Virus record (IMG/VR): IMGVR_UViG_3300025849_002481
Location: 11,721 to 75,720 of that record
Strand: one strand, 5' to 3'
DNA: 64,000 bases
Origin: a virus
Part shown: positions 20,846-31,193 of the stretch, piece after piece
Position numbering within the stretch: the stretch's first letter is position 1
How the letters are laid out: each line of letters opens with the position of its first letter
Notes under the pieces: model-generated
What the model was told of the DNA's origin: nothing
Databases searched by the model: none
Seen by the model: only the letters and a program-made list of their open reading frames with translations
Position numbers and translations under genes: made by a program

Positions 20846-23023
20846 ATGAAGAACTTAGAGAATATAGCAGAAGATCTATTCAATAAAATACGTGGACGTT
20901 TTCCTAGTGTTACTATTGGTAGTGACGAAGGAAAAGTTACTAATATACCTACTGAAGCACGGTATTATGATTTTGAATATAAAGAAGGCGGACGCTCATT
21001 AGGTAAAGTAAGTGTTAGCCTAGATGAAAAGAGTATATCTGTTATGTATAGCAACGACTTTGTTGCAAACGAAGATCAAATGACACAGGATAACTGGTAC
21101 AATTTTTTAAAAGAACTAAGACAGTTTAGCAAAAAAAGATTGTTAAATTTTGATACAAGAAACATTACTAAGTCTAATTTAGATCGAAGAGATTACAAAT
21201 TTTTAGCATTAACTCGTACCGGGGAAGATCAGATGACAGAATCAACAATGTATGGAACTAGCAGATCTAGTTTCCAAAATATAGGAAGTGCAAGAGTAAG
21301 CATTAAGCACAATGCTCCTGTAAATCAAGAAAATGCCGTAGATAGAACTAGACACATCAGTGCAATATATGTAGAAAATAATGACGGTGAAAAATTTAAG
21401 TATCCATATAAACATCTAACTGGAGCAAGAGCAATGGCAAGACACGTTGCTGAAGGCGGAGCACCGTATGATGACTTTGGAACACACATTGTTAGTATGT
21501 CAGAAGAATTAAGTAAGTTACGTAAATTTAAAACTTACATGGGTCGTTCAAGTGTAATGGCCGAAGGATTAGATGGATATGTTGAAGCTGTTTCAGAAAG
21601 AATGGCAACAATACGTAAATCATTAAAAAGTCTTCAACGTGAAAATTATTACAAAGAAACATTTGAAGCATTTGAAAAACCAATGATGGAAGAAGTTCCT
21701 ACTGACGTTGCTGAAAATTGGATTGATCAACTTACTATTCGTCAGTTTAACGAAGAACTAGCAGATGTATTTCCGTACATATACAAACTAGTAAGTGAAG
21801 TAAACAAAGCAAAAGAATTAGGACCAGAAGATTTATTAGGTGAAGACGAACAAGCAATGCCTGATCCATCTGATGATGATATGGATATTCGTCATAAAGG
21901 AAATATGGATAACGTTCGAGGTCCTGCAGGAACAGTTAAAATACGTGCAGGTATGACAATATTTGGTATTGCAAAAGCATTGAATCATCAAAATAACATG
22001 GGCGGAGATGTACAAGCGTTTGTAAAAGATATCTTAGATTATAATAAAATAACAGATCCAACAGCAATACAAGTAGGTCAAGTTATAAAGATTCCATATT
22101 CAATGGGTACAGGACCAAGTGGTGCAAGCAGAGGAATGCCGCCAATGGGGTTCACAGCATATGAAGATGAAATTGAATCAGCATTTGAAGAACTGATGGG
22201 TCAATTCTCAGAAACTACATGTGAAGACTGTGGCAACCAAAGCTGGACTACACTAGGTATGACTGAAGAAGAAATTGAAGAAGGCGAACAACACGGTAAC
22301 AGTAAAATTTACGACAAGTGTTGGAAAGGCTATTCAAGAGTTCCAGGCACAACAGCAGGTGAACCAGGTAGTTGTAAAAAGAACGAAGGCGATGAGATTA
22401 ACAGACCAGACGGCGAAAAGATTAAATTAGAAAAAGATGAACAAAAGACTCCATTAGGAGAGTTTATTCTTAGTTACTTTGATTACACAACAGGACAGTT
22501 TCCAAAAGGTGAAACAGCAATCCTTACTATGGTAGAAAAGGATTATGGTGAACACTTTATTGAACCTGCAAAGCAATTCCTAGAAAAGATTAACAATCGT
22601 GTATCAGAAGTAATGGGTTACAGAGAAGAAGAAATGGAATCTACAGAAGCACCAGTTGAAGAAAGTTTAGATGATGAGTTTGCACCAGAAAGAGTAAAAG
22701 CATCAACAATACAAACTTTGGTTAAAATTAATGATCGTATGAAAGGTAATACAAAAAAAGGTTCACCTGATTATGAAAAATTAACTTTTGATTTAGGGCA
22801 AAAAATTCATGATTTAGATATGGCAGGATATAGTTATGAAATAGAGCCTATCGAACAATTATTTAATGCAATGGATAATGGTGAAGATACAGTTACTATG
22901 GATATGTTAAAGAAAGCCTATAATACTGTAATAAATTTACCAGAAAAAACAAATGCTGAAGAAGAAGTAGACAATACACTTGACGTTAGCCAAACAGATT
23001 TATACAGATTAGCAGGGCTATAA
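20846..23023 (+). CDS. Large acidic probable virion protein with an internal LysM domain
   Basis: TIFGIAK...ILDYNKITDPTAIQVGQVIKIP is LysM-like; CWKGY motif; C-terminal RLAGL. Confidence 0.6.
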   Translation: MKNLENIAEDLFNKIRGRFPSVTIGSDEGKVTNIPTEARYYDFEYKEGGRSLGKVSVSLDEKSISVMYSNDFVANEDQMTQDNWYNFLKELRQFSKKRLLNFDTRNITKSNLDRRDYKFLALTRTGEDQMTESTMYGTSRSSFQNIGSARVSIKHNAPVNQENAVDRTRHISAIYVENNDGEKFKYPYKHLTGARAMARHVAEGGAPYDDFGTHIVSMSEELSKLRKFKTYMGRSSVMAEGLDGYVEAVSERMATIRKSLKSLQRENYYKETFEAFEKPMMEEVPTDVAENWIDQLTIRQFNEELADVFPYIYKLVSEVNKAKELGPEDLLGEDEQAMPDPSDDDMDIRHKGNMDNVRGPAGTVKIRAGMTIFGIAKALNHQNNMGGDVQAFVKDILDYNKITDPTAIQVGQVIKIPYSMGTGPSGASRGMPPMGFTAYEDEIESAFEELMGQFSETTCEDCGNQSWTTLGMTEEEIEEGEQHGNSKIYDKCWKGYSRVPGTTAGEPGSCKKNEGDEINRPDGEKIKLEKDEQKTPLGEFILSYFDYTTGQFPKGETAILTMVEKDYGEHFIEPAKQFLEKINNRVSEVMGYREEEMESTEAPVEESLDDEFAPERVKASTIQTLVKINDRMKGNTKKGSPDYEKLTFDLGQKIHDLDMAGYSYEIEPIEQLFNAMDNGEDTVTMDMLKKAYNTVINLPEKTNAEEEVDNTLDVSQTDLYRLAGL

Positions 23024-23065
23024 TAGTCCTACTATAAGTTTTTTAAGTTTTTCTTCCAAAAAGAC

Positions 23066-23094
23066 TTGACAAAGTTTGTAGAATAGCATATAAT
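23066..23094 (+). promoter_or_regulatory. Sigma70-type promoter of the gp32-uvsX operon
   Basis: TTGACA-17-TATAAT. Confidence 0.8.
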
Positions 23095-23174
23095 AAAAAC
23101 TGTGCTACAAACAAAAAGGCACTGTAGCAATGTAGCTACAAAACAGACATAGGCATTTATAGGAGGCACAAACT

Positions 23175-24167
23175 ATGGCATCATTAGCAGAAATCCGAGC
23201 GAAGCTCAAAGAGCAAGAAGCGAACAGCGGAGGTGGAAACCGCGGACCACAAGGTCCAAACCCAATTTACCCATTTTGGAATATCAAGGAAGGCGAGTCG
23301 GCAACGATGCGTTTCTTACCTGATGGCGATCAAGACAGCACTTTCTTTTGGAAAGAACGTTTGATGATCAAACTTCCATTTGCAGGTATTAAGGGTCAAA
23401 CTGACTCACGTCCAACACAAGTACAAATTCCATGTATGGAAATGTATGGTGAAACATGTAATATTCTTAACGAAGTACGTGGTTGGTTTAAAGATCCAAG
23501 TCTAGAAGACATGGGTCGTAAGTATTGGAAGAAGCGTTCATACATCTTCCAAGGATTTGTTACAGATAATCCATTAGCTGATGATCAAGCACCTGAGAAT
23601 CCAATTAGACGTTTTATTATTGGTCCACAGATTTTCCAAATTATTAAAGCGGCTCTTATGGATCCTGACATGGAAGAATTGCCAACTGATTATACAGCTG
23701 GTGTTGACTTCCGTCTTAACAAAACATCAAAAGGTGGTTATGCAGACTATGGCACAAGTAATTGGGCACGTAGAGAGCGTCCATTAAGTGATACTGAGAT
23801 GCAAGCTGTTAATACACATGGCTTGTTTAATCTAAGTGACTTTTTACCTAAGAAGCCAGGCGAAGTTGAAATCAAAGTAATGCAAGAAATGTTTGAGGCG
23901 TCAGTAGACGGTGAAGCATTTGATGCAGATCGTTGGGGTAGTTACTTCCGTCCTGCAGGTATGCAAGCACGTACAGGTGATCCGACTAAAGCTGCAAGCC
24001 CACAAGCAACAGCAACTAGTCAAAGCGCACCGGTTACACAGCCAGAAGCAACTCCGGCTCCAGTAGCAGAAACAGCACCAGCACCGGCACCAGAAGCGGC
24101 ACCAGCGGCTTCGAATGAAGGCAATGCAAGTGACATTCTAGCAATGATTAGAGCACGTCAAAGTTAA
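23175..24167 (+). CDS. Single-stranded DNA-binding protein (gp32-like)
   Basis: RFLPD, CMEMYGETC, YWKKRSY, GVDFRL.K...GGYADY; Ala/Pro-rich tail. Confidence 0.88.
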   Translation: MASLAEIRAKLKEQEANSGGGNRGPQGPNPIYPFWNIKEGESATMRFLPDGDQDSTFFWKERLMIKLPFAGIKGQTDSRPTQVQIPCMEMYGETCNILNEVRGWFKDPSLEDMGRKYWKKRSYIFQGFVTDNPLADDQAPENPIRRFIIGPQIFQIIKAALMDPDMEELPTDYTAGVDFRLNKTSKGGYADYGTSNWARRERPLSDTEMQAVNTHGLFNLSDFLPKKPGEVEIKVMQEMFEASVDGEAFDADRWGSYFRPAGMQARTGDPTKAASPQATATSQSAPVTQPEATPAPVAETAPAPAPEAAPAASNEGNASDILAMIRARQS

Positions 24168-24178
24168 TAAAAGCATAC

Positions 24179-24215
24179 TAAAAGGGTTGCTTTTACAAGA
24201 TTGCAACCCTTTTTA
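24179..24215 (+). terminator. Rho-independent terminator
   Basis: TAAAAGGGTTGC ... GCAACCCTTTTTA inverted repeat with T-tract. Confidence 0.75.
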
Positions 24216-24245
24216 GTTGCCCAACTTTTAAAACAGGAGAAAAAT

Positions 24246-25340
24246 ATGGCTAAATCGTTTGATGTTAGTAAGTTCCGTAAGGACTTGACTAAAAGTATCT
24301 CAGGCATGAGTAGTGGCTTTAACGATCCTACAGATTGGATCTCAACAGGCTCATATGCACTAAACTATCTTATTAGTGGTGACTTCCACAGAGGTGTTCC
24401 GCTAGGCAAAGTAACAGTGTTTGCAGGAGAATCTGGCGCAGGTAAAAGTTATTTCTGTGCAGGTAACATTGTAAAACACGCACAAGATCAAGGTATCTTT
24501 GTAGTATTAATTGACTCAGAGAATGCACTTGACGAGAGCTGGCTACAAGCTCTTGATGTTGACACAGGAGAAGACAAACTTCTCAAACTTAATATGTCAA
24601 TGATCGATGATGTAGCAAAAACTATTAGTACATTTATGGCAGACTACAAAGCAATGGATGAAGAAGATCGTCCTAAAGTATTGTTTGTAGTTGACAGTTT
24701 AGGTATGCTACTAACACCAACAGATGTTGATCAGTTTAACAAGGGTGATATGAAAGGTGACATGGGTCGTAAGCCTAAAGCACTAACTTCACTTGTACGT
24801 AATACTGTTAACATGATTGGTAGTTACAACGTAGGCTTAGTATGTACTAACCACACATATGCATCACAAGATATGTTTGACCCAGATGACAAGATCAGTG
24901 GCGGACAAGGCTTTATCTATGCATCGAGTATTGTTGTTGCAATGAAAAAGATGAAACTAAAAGAAGATGAAGCTGGTAATAAGATCAGCGAAGTACGTGG
25001 TATTAGAGCAGGTTGTAAAGTAATGAAAACTCGTTATGCAAAACCGTTCGAAGGCGTACAAGTAAAGATTCCATACGAAACAGGTATGAATCCTTACAGC
25101 GGTCTTATTGAATTATTCGAGAAGAAAGACTTGTTGGTAAAACAAGGTAACAGACTCAAGTATATTGATCTAGCTGGTGAAGAACATCTCGATTATCGTA
25201 AGGCATGGATGGAACCGTCTAAGATGAATATGATTATGTCGGAATACAATGAGAAATTGGCACCTGTGGTAAATACCTCTGATGACGTTGTAGAGGATGA
25301 CGTCGAACTTATAGATGAAAACTTAATAACAGAGGAATAG
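24246..25340 (+). CDS. uvsX: RecA-like recombinase UvsX
   Basis: ISTGSYALN, AGESGAGKS, IDSENA, VVDSLG, NHTY, SGGQG. Confidence 0.93.
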   Translation: MAKSFDVSKFRKDLTKSISGMSSGFNDPTDWISTGSYALNYLISGDFHRGVPLGKVTVFAGESGAGKSYFCAGNIVKHAQDQGIFVVLIDSENALDESWLQALDVDTGEDKLLKLNMSMIDDVAKTISTFMADYKAMDEEDRPKVLFVVDSLGMLLTPTDVDQFNKGDMKGDMGRKPKALTSLVRNTVNMIGSYNVGLVCTNHTYASQDMFDPDDKISGGQGFIYASSIVVAMKKMKLKEDEAGNKISEVRGIRAGCKVMKTRYAKPFEGVQVKIPYETGMNPYSGLIELFEKKDLLVKQGNRLKYIDLAGEEHLDYRKAWMEPSKMNMIMSEYNEKLAPVVNTSDDVVEDDVELIDENLITEE

Positions 25341-25345
25341 ATAGT

Positions 25346-25579
25346 ATGGATGACGAGCAAATTGTTGATATTTGGACATCTTTGAAAGAGTACTTAGATA
25401 AAAAACATGTTGAAATGGCTGCAGAAAAGTATGTCGACTTAATGGCAGACTATGGCGTTAATGACGAAACTTTTCAACAATGCTTTGGGCATTGTTATAC
25501 CTTAGATAATGCTATTAAATATTATTTAGATTTAGATAATGAAGATGATCTCGACGAAGAATCTGAATGGGATGAATAA
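25346..25579 (+). CDS. Hypothetical acidic protein
   Basis: 77-aa ORF between uvsX and uvsY. Confidence 0.65.
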   Translation: MDDEQIVDIWTSLKEYLDKKHVEMAAEKYVDLMADYGVNDETFQQCFGHCYTLDNAIKYYLDLDNEDDLDEESEWDE

Positions 25580-26034
25580 TGGGTTGGTATAGCGAAGTAT
25601 CTAGAGACGTTTCTAAAATACCTAGTGCTGTAGCTTTCTTTGAAAACGAGTTACTTGATGCTCGTCAAGAAGTAAAACTTAAAGGTAATGTTGAACGTGC
25701 CGCGGCAGAAATGCCCGGTATCGTTGAGCATCGTTTCAATCAGCTTCAAGAAATTGAAGCTATACTAAACTATCTAAATATTGAGCTACGCAGATTGCGT
25801 AGTTCATACTTTAAGAAATATCTTGAAAATTATCAACGAGCTCTGTCAAGCCGTGACGTTGAAAAATACGTTGACGGTGAGGCAGACGTTGTTGACTATG
25901 AAAAGATTATCAACGAGTTTGCACTAATGCGTAACAAGTGGTTAGGCTTACTAAAAGGGCTTGACCAGAAGCAATGGCAAATTACTAATGTTGTAAAACT
26001 TAGAGTAGCTGGTATGGAGGACGCAAGTCTTTGA
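25579..26034 (+). CDS. uvsY: Recombination mediator, UvsY-like
   Basis: Helical; YVDGE.D, KQWQI.N.VK motifs; adjacent to uvsX. Confidence 0.75.
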   Translation: MGWYSEVSRDVSKIPSAVAFFENELLDARQEVKLKGNVERAAAEMPGIVEHRFNQLQEIEAILNYLNIELRRLRSSYFKKYLENYQRALSSRDVEKYVDGEADVVDYEKIINEFALMRNKWLGLLKGLDQKQWQITNVVKLRVAGMEDASL

Positions 26035-26708
26035 TAAAAAGTTTTATCATACGACTAGAAGAAAATGAACATTCAAGTCAAATGGCAGAAGAGTGTTTAT
26101 TACAGGCTGTTAAACACGGCCTTCGTCCATCATATTACAAAGCAATAAACGGCAACGACTTCCAACATCACTATAATACAACAAAGATAAAAAAACAAGG
26201 AAAATTTAAAAAAGGTCGACTAGGTGTCATTGGTTGTTTCTTTAGTCATTATTATCTATGGCAGACTTGTGTACAATTAAATGAACCTATTATTATTTTA
26301 GAACATGACGGCTATTTAATTAGACCAATCGACGATACAATATTAAATCAATTTGATGATGTATTAAAACTAGATAGACTAGATCCATATAGTAAAAATT
26401 ACGAATTTGACTTAGAAGACGAAAAACATTTAGATATTACAGTCGAACCGTATACTAATGATCCTACAAAGGTATTAAAGCAAGGACTTAAAGATTATTT
26501 TAAAGGCGCATATTCTTATATAATAAAACCACATGCCGCTATAAAACTTATACGATATATTCAGGTTAATGGTCACAGACCAGCTGATCAACAAATTAAT
26601 GCAACTATAGTTAAACTTCAAACAACAGTGCCTACAGTTGCTAGATTGCATCCTTATTATGCCATCGGTAATAATATAGATACAGCGAGCCTCACGAGAA
26701 ACTTATGA
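26031..26708 (+). CDS. Glycosyltransferase family 25
   Basis: AING, GCFFSHYYLW, IILEHD, YIIKP.AA.KL. Confidence 0.85.
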   Translation: MIKSFIIRLEENEHSSQMAEECLLQAVKHGLRPSYYKAINGNDFQHHYNTTKIKKQGKFKKGRLGVIGCFFSHYYLWQTCVQLNEPIIILEHDGYLIRPIDDTILNQFDDVLKLDRLDPYSKNYEFDLEDEKHLDITVEPYTNDPTKVLKQGLKDYFKGAYSYIIKPHAAIKLIRYIQVNGHRPADQQINATIVKLQTTVPTVARLHPYYAIGNNIDTASLTRNL

Positions 26709-27631
26709 TAATAACCGGGTTTAAACAAATTGTAAAAAATAAAATAGAACAATTTGAATCCGGAGTTAGACGACATCGTGATAGTTATTTCTCTACAAAA
26801 TATAATCTAAATAAAAATTATAATACAGATTGTTTTGTACAGTTTAATATTTACAATCCTTATCTTACTTACAATAGACAAGATAAAGTTGATGCTTACA
26901 AATATGTATTAAGTACCAATCTTCCGTTTCTTGTATGCGAAGAAGGTGCTATGCGACAGCTACCAACTTATAAAAGATGGGGCTGGACTAGTTATAAAAA
27001 TGGTATTGGTAAATTTAATAATACTAATGTAGACGATAGTCGTTGGTTAAAAATACAAAAAGAAAATAATCTTAACTTTATTGATTGGCACAGTCCTGGT
27101 GATAACATTTTAATAATGGGACAATTAGAAGGCGATAGTGCATTAATAGAAATGTATGATGCTGGTTATAAATCTTTTGACGATTATATTATAGAACAAA
27201 TAAAACAAATACGCAAACATACTGAACGTCCTATAGTTGTTCGACTACATCCTCTTGGTAGTAAAGCATTATACGAAAAAGAAGAATATTTAAATAGTAC
27301 ATATAAAAATGTTAGTATGAGTAAAAATTATAATTCTACAACAACACTTAATGGCGGCCTAGGATTAAAAGAAGATTTTGATAACGCATATTGCGTAGTC
27401 ACATATAGTAGTAACAGTTGTGTAGAAGCCATTGAACAAGGTATACCTGTGTTTACATTAAGTAGCACTTCTTCAGCATATGACATTGGTCATAAATGTT
27501 TTTCACAGATTGAAAATCTTGATTATAATATACAAATAAATACTTGGTGCAATAAGATTGCGTATACTATATGGAATAATGAAGAAATCGCTAACGGCGA
27601 CATGTGGGAACATTTAAGGATAACAAAATGA
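26705..27631 (+). CDS. KpsS/KpsC-like (Capsule_synth) GT-B glycosyltransferase
   Basis: GQLEGDS (QxxxD), VRLHP, TYSSNSCVEAIEQGIPV. Confidence 0.6.
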   Translation: MIITGFKQIVKNKIEQFESGVRRHRDSYFSTKYNLNKNYNTDCFVQFNIYNPYLTYNRQDKVDAYKYVLSTNLPFLVCEEGAMRQLPTYKRWGWTSYKNGIGKFNNTNVDDSRWLKIQKENNLNFIDWHSPGDNILIMGQLEGDSALIEMYDAGYKSFDDYIIEQIKQIRKHTERPIVVRLHPLGSKALYEKEEYLNSTYKNVSMSKNYNSTTTLNGGLGLKEDFDNAYCVVTYSSNSCVEAIEQGIPVFTLSSTSSAYDIGHKCFSQIENLDYNIQINTWCNKIAYTIWNNEEIANGDMWEHLRITK

Positions 27632-28170
27632 CATTACCAAATCACCTAGGCGGGCATATGGGCATCACACATGTTGATCGTGGCATATTACAATACTTCA
27701 AATCTAAAGGATGTCAAACTTATCTAGACATTGGATGCGGCCCAGGAGGTATGCTTGATGAAGCATATAATCTTGGTTATTATATTCAAGGTATTGACGG
27801 CGACAACACTATTAAAAGAAATTTACCAAACAATGTTGTTATACATGACTTCACTACTGGTCCATACGAATTTCCTTTAACATATGACTTAGTTTGGAGT
27901 TGCGAGTTTGTTGAACATGTAGAAGAAAAGTTTTTGGATAACTTTATGCGAGTATTCCAAAAAGGCAAAACAGTATGTATGACATATGCTCCAGTAGGAA
28001 AAAAAGGACATCATCATGTTAATTGTAATACTAAAGAATATTGGATTGATACATTTACACAATATGGATTTGTTTTTAATGAAAAACTTACACAGGAAGT
28101 AAAACGTCATAGTTCAATGGAGCGTGAGTTTTTTAGAGAATATGGATTAGTGTTTGAATGCGAGCGTTAA
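27628..28170 (+). CDS. SAM-dependent methyltransferase
   Basis: LDIGCGPG, EFVEH, GHHHVN. Confidence 0.85.
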   Translation: MTLPNHLGGHMGITHVDRGILQYFKSKGCQTYLDIGCGPGGMLDEAYNLGYYIQGIDGDNTIKRNLPNNVVIHDFTTGPYEFPLTYDLVWSCEFVEHVEEKFLDNFMRVFQKGKTVCMTYAPVGKKGHHHVNCNTKEYWIDTFTQYGFVFNEKLTQEVKRHSSMEREFFREYGLVFECER

Positions 28171-28718
28171 TAATTAGTCAACCAAAAGCTGGTACATATT
28201 TGTGTGCTAATTTGTTACAAGAATTTGGACTTAAATTTAAAGGTATTCATTTAAGTGAATATCAACAGCAACAATACGATTTAAGTAACATATATAATTC
28301 GTTAATTAATAAAGATGAATACACCGCTACAGAGCATATTTCTACGACTGTTCGACGTATTAGTGATAATCATTTTGCTGTTACACATCTAAATTATACA
28401 GACGAATTTCATTCCTTATTTTTACCATTTAAAAAAATTATTATAACTAGATCAAAAGATGAAATATTACAATCATGGGAACGTTTTAGATCAGTACGTA
28501 ATGGTAAGGGAGAGATTGATATAACTTCTCTTAATCAATATCATTGGCTTGATTATCCTAATACATTTCATTTAACTTTTAATAATATGATTAATAAAGA
28601 GATACCAATTATAGATAACTTACAACAGTTCTTATTTGGTAATATACTACATAATTCTCGTACTTGCATACGTACAGCATTAAGTACAAGTTCACTCACA
28701 AAGAGTAATATACGTTAA
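28158..28718 (+). CDS. Sulfotransferase-like P-loop protein
   Basis: IISQPKAGTYL resembles the 5'-PSB motif. Confidence 0.5.
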   Translation: MRALIISQPKAGTYLCANLLQEFGLKFKGIHLSEYQQQQYDLSNIYNSLINKDEYTATEHISTTVRRISDNHFAVTHLNYTDEFHSLFLPFKKIIITRSKDEILQSWERFRSVRNGKGEIDITSLNQYHWLDYPNTFHLTFNNMINKEIPIIDNLQQFLFGNILHNSRTCIRTALSTSSLTKSNIR

Positions 28719-28738
28719 TTTCCAATATAAATATCTAC

Positions 28739-29515
28739 ATGAAAGTCGTACTAGTAACTGGCGGATTTGATCCACTTCACTCAGGTCACATTGAATATTT
28801 TAAAGAAGCAAAGAAGCTCGGCGACAAACTTATTGTTGCTGTAAACAGTGATGCTTGGCTAACACGCAAGAAAGGCAGACCCTTTATGCCTTTCAAAGAG
28901 CGTATTAAAATTATTGAAGCACTTGATATTGTAGACCAAACAACTTATGTTATGAACGATGACAAGCACGATGACGCAGGCGGAGCAATCTTCCATACAT
29001 TTGCAACAAACGGCAACATAGAAATTATTTTTGCTAACGGCGGCGACCGTACAAAAGGCCAAGTACCAGAAGAAGAACAATGGGGCAAAGATCCTCGTGT
29101 AACTTTTGTATACGGAGTTGGCGGAACCAACAAGATGAATTCAAGTAGCTGGATACTAAACGAGTGGAAGGCACCAAAGACTGAGCGTACATGGGGGTAC
29201 TACAGAGTGTTACACGAATACGACAAACATACTAAAGTAAAAGAATTAGCTGTGCCGCCAGGCGGCAAACTATCGATGCAACGGCACAAAGAACGTAGTG
29301 AGCATTGGTTTGTTGCAGAAGGTACAGCAACAGTATATACATTAGACAGCAGTACAGATGCTGAATTACACGGAGTGTTTGAACAACATAGAAGTTTACA
29401 TATACCTGTAGGTATGTGGCATCAACTTACTAACGAACATGATGTTGACTTAAAATTAGTAGAAATACAATACGGAACAAATTGCGTGGAGGAAGATATT
29501 GAGCGAACCCCTTAA
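28739..29515 (+). CDS. Cytidylyltransferase-like domain fused to a mannose-6-phosphate isomerase (type II) cupin
   Basis: TGGFDPLHSGH, FANGGDR; RTWGYY, LSMQRH..RSEHW, EIQYG...EEDIER. Confidence 0.85.
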   Translation: MKVVLVTGGFDPLHSGHIEYFKEAKKLGDKLIVAVNSDAWLTRKKGRPFMPFKERIKIIEALDIVDQTTYVMNDDKHDDAGGAIFHTFATNGNIEIIFANGGDRTKGQVPEEEQWGKDPRVTFVYGVGGTNKMNSSSWILNEWKAPKTERTWGYYRVLHEYDKHTKVKELAVPPGGKLSMQRHKERSEHWFVAEGTATVYTLDSSTDAELHGVFEQHRSLHIPVGMWHQLTNEHDVDLKLVEIQYGTNCVEEDIERTP

Positions 29516-31193
29516 AATATTTGTAGGTTGGGATAGTCGAGAAGATATTGCATTCCAAGCATGTAAACAAAGTATAATAGACACAGCAAGTGTTGATGTA
29601 GAAATTATACCTTTAAAACAACGACTACTAAAACGAGAAGGATTATATTGGCGCAAGTCAGATAAATTAGCAAGTACAGAATTTACATTTACTCGTTTCT
29701 TGCTTCCTGAACTTACAGAATTTACTGGATGGGCATTGTTTATCGACTGTGACTTTATTGCATTAGACGATGTTAAGAAGTTGTTTGATCAAGCAGACGA
29801 CAACTATGCATTAATGTGCGCCCAGCACGATTATACTCCTAAAGAAGGTTTTAAAATGGACGGCCAAGCACAGCTTAACTATCCACGTAAAAATTGGAGT
29901 AGTATGATGTTAGTTAATTGCGGACATTCTAGCAATGCAAAACTAACAAAAGATCTAGTTAATGACCCTGACATTGATGGTAAGTACCTGCATAGATTTA
30001 GTTGGCTAGATGACAGTGAAGTAGGTAAAATCAGTCACGAATGGAACTGGTTAGTTGGATGGTACAATGAACCAGAAGATGGTGCACCTAAATTCCTTCA
30101 CTACACAGAAGGTGGTCCTTGGTTTGAACAATACAAAGATTGCGAATATAATCTAGAATATTATAGAGCCGAGCGCAAGTATTACGAAACAGCTATCAAA
30201 GGTGCAGAACAAAAAGTTCTAGCAACAAAACATAAAGGATCTAACTATAATGCTTTATCAATACCATCGGATATTAAAGAAGCAGTGCAAGCTATAATAA
30301 ACGGACCTATTGATCCTACAGGAAAATATTATGGCAACACACAGGAGGAAGCAATGAAGATTATACAAAACAAATTTATGAAGGGTACTGTTCATAAAAA
30401 TGCAGCTATTGAACCCGAAGAGGGAATTAGCAAATATAAAAATGATTTTCAATATGACGAATATTTACAATCTTTTGTTATAGGTAGCAGAGGAAGACTT
30501 AGTGATTGGAAGACTGAAGCAACTACTACTACGCCATTGATCATTAGAGGTCTTGGAGGAGGTAGTCGTAAGGCTATTAAACATTGTTGGGAAAACGGAA
30601 GAGAATTTTACGCTATTGATACTGGCTACTTTGGAAATGAAGGTAGCAAAGCAAAGATATGGCATCGTGTTACTAAAAACGAATTACAAAATACACAGCC
30701 AATTATATCACGTCCTGATGACAGACTTTTAAATTGGAAATATAAAAAGTTTAGTCCAGGAAGAAAAATATTACTAGTGCCGCCAAGTGAAAAGGTAATG
30801 TTTCTTTGGAATCAACCTACTCCGGAAGAATGGGTACAACAAGTCAAGGAAGAACTTAAACAGTATACTGATAGGCCGGTTGAAATTAGATTAAAACCTG
30901 ATCGTAGACATAGAATTACTAATCAGTCTTTAGAAGCAGCAATGGATCGTGATGTACATTGTATTATAACATATAACAGTATTGCAGCATTAGAAGCCTT
31001 AAACTTTGGTAAACCTGCTATTGCACTAGGTCCTAATTGTGCTACAGCAGTGTGTAATACAAACTTATCAGACATTGAAAATTTAAATAAACCTAGTGAA
31101 GATAAGATGTACGCTTTGATGTGTCACCTAAGTTATTGTCAGTTTAATCGAGAAGAGATGATGAACGGCTATGCTTGGGACATAGTCAAATGA
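29499..31193 (+). CDS. GT8/CDI-like GT-A glycosyltransferase fused to a KpsS-like domain
   Basis: IFVGWDSRE, STEFTFTRF, DCD, YPRKNWSS, HYTEGGPW; C-terminal half DTGYF...YNSIAALEA..GKP. Confidence 0.75.
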   Translation: MSEPLKIFVGWDSREDIAFQACKQSIIDTASVDVEIIPLKQRLLKREGLYWRKSDKLASTEFTFTRFLLPELTEFTGWALFIDCDFIALDDVKKLFDQADDNYALMCAQHDYTPKEGFKMDGQAQLNYPRKNWSSMMLVNCGHSSNAKLTKDLVNDPDIDGKYLHRFSWLDDSEVGKISHEWNWLVGWYNEPEDGAPKFLHYTEGGPWFEQYKDCEYNLEYYRAERKYYETAIKGAEQKVLATKHKGSNYNALSIPSDIKEAVQAIINGPIDPTGKYYGNTQEEAMKIIQNKFMKGTVHKNAAIEPEEGISKYKNDFQYDEYLQSFVIGSRGRLSDWKTEATTTTPLIIRGLGGGSRKAIKHCWENGREFYAIDTGYFGNEGSKAKIWHRVTKNELQNTQPIISRPDDRLLNWKYKKFSPGRKILLVPPSEKVMFLWNQPTPEEWVQQVKEELKQYTDRPVEIRLKPDRRHRITNQSLEAAMDRDVHCIITYNSIAALEALNFGKPAIALGPNCATAVCNTNLSDIENLNKPSEDKMYALMCHLSYCQFNREEMMNGYAWDIVK

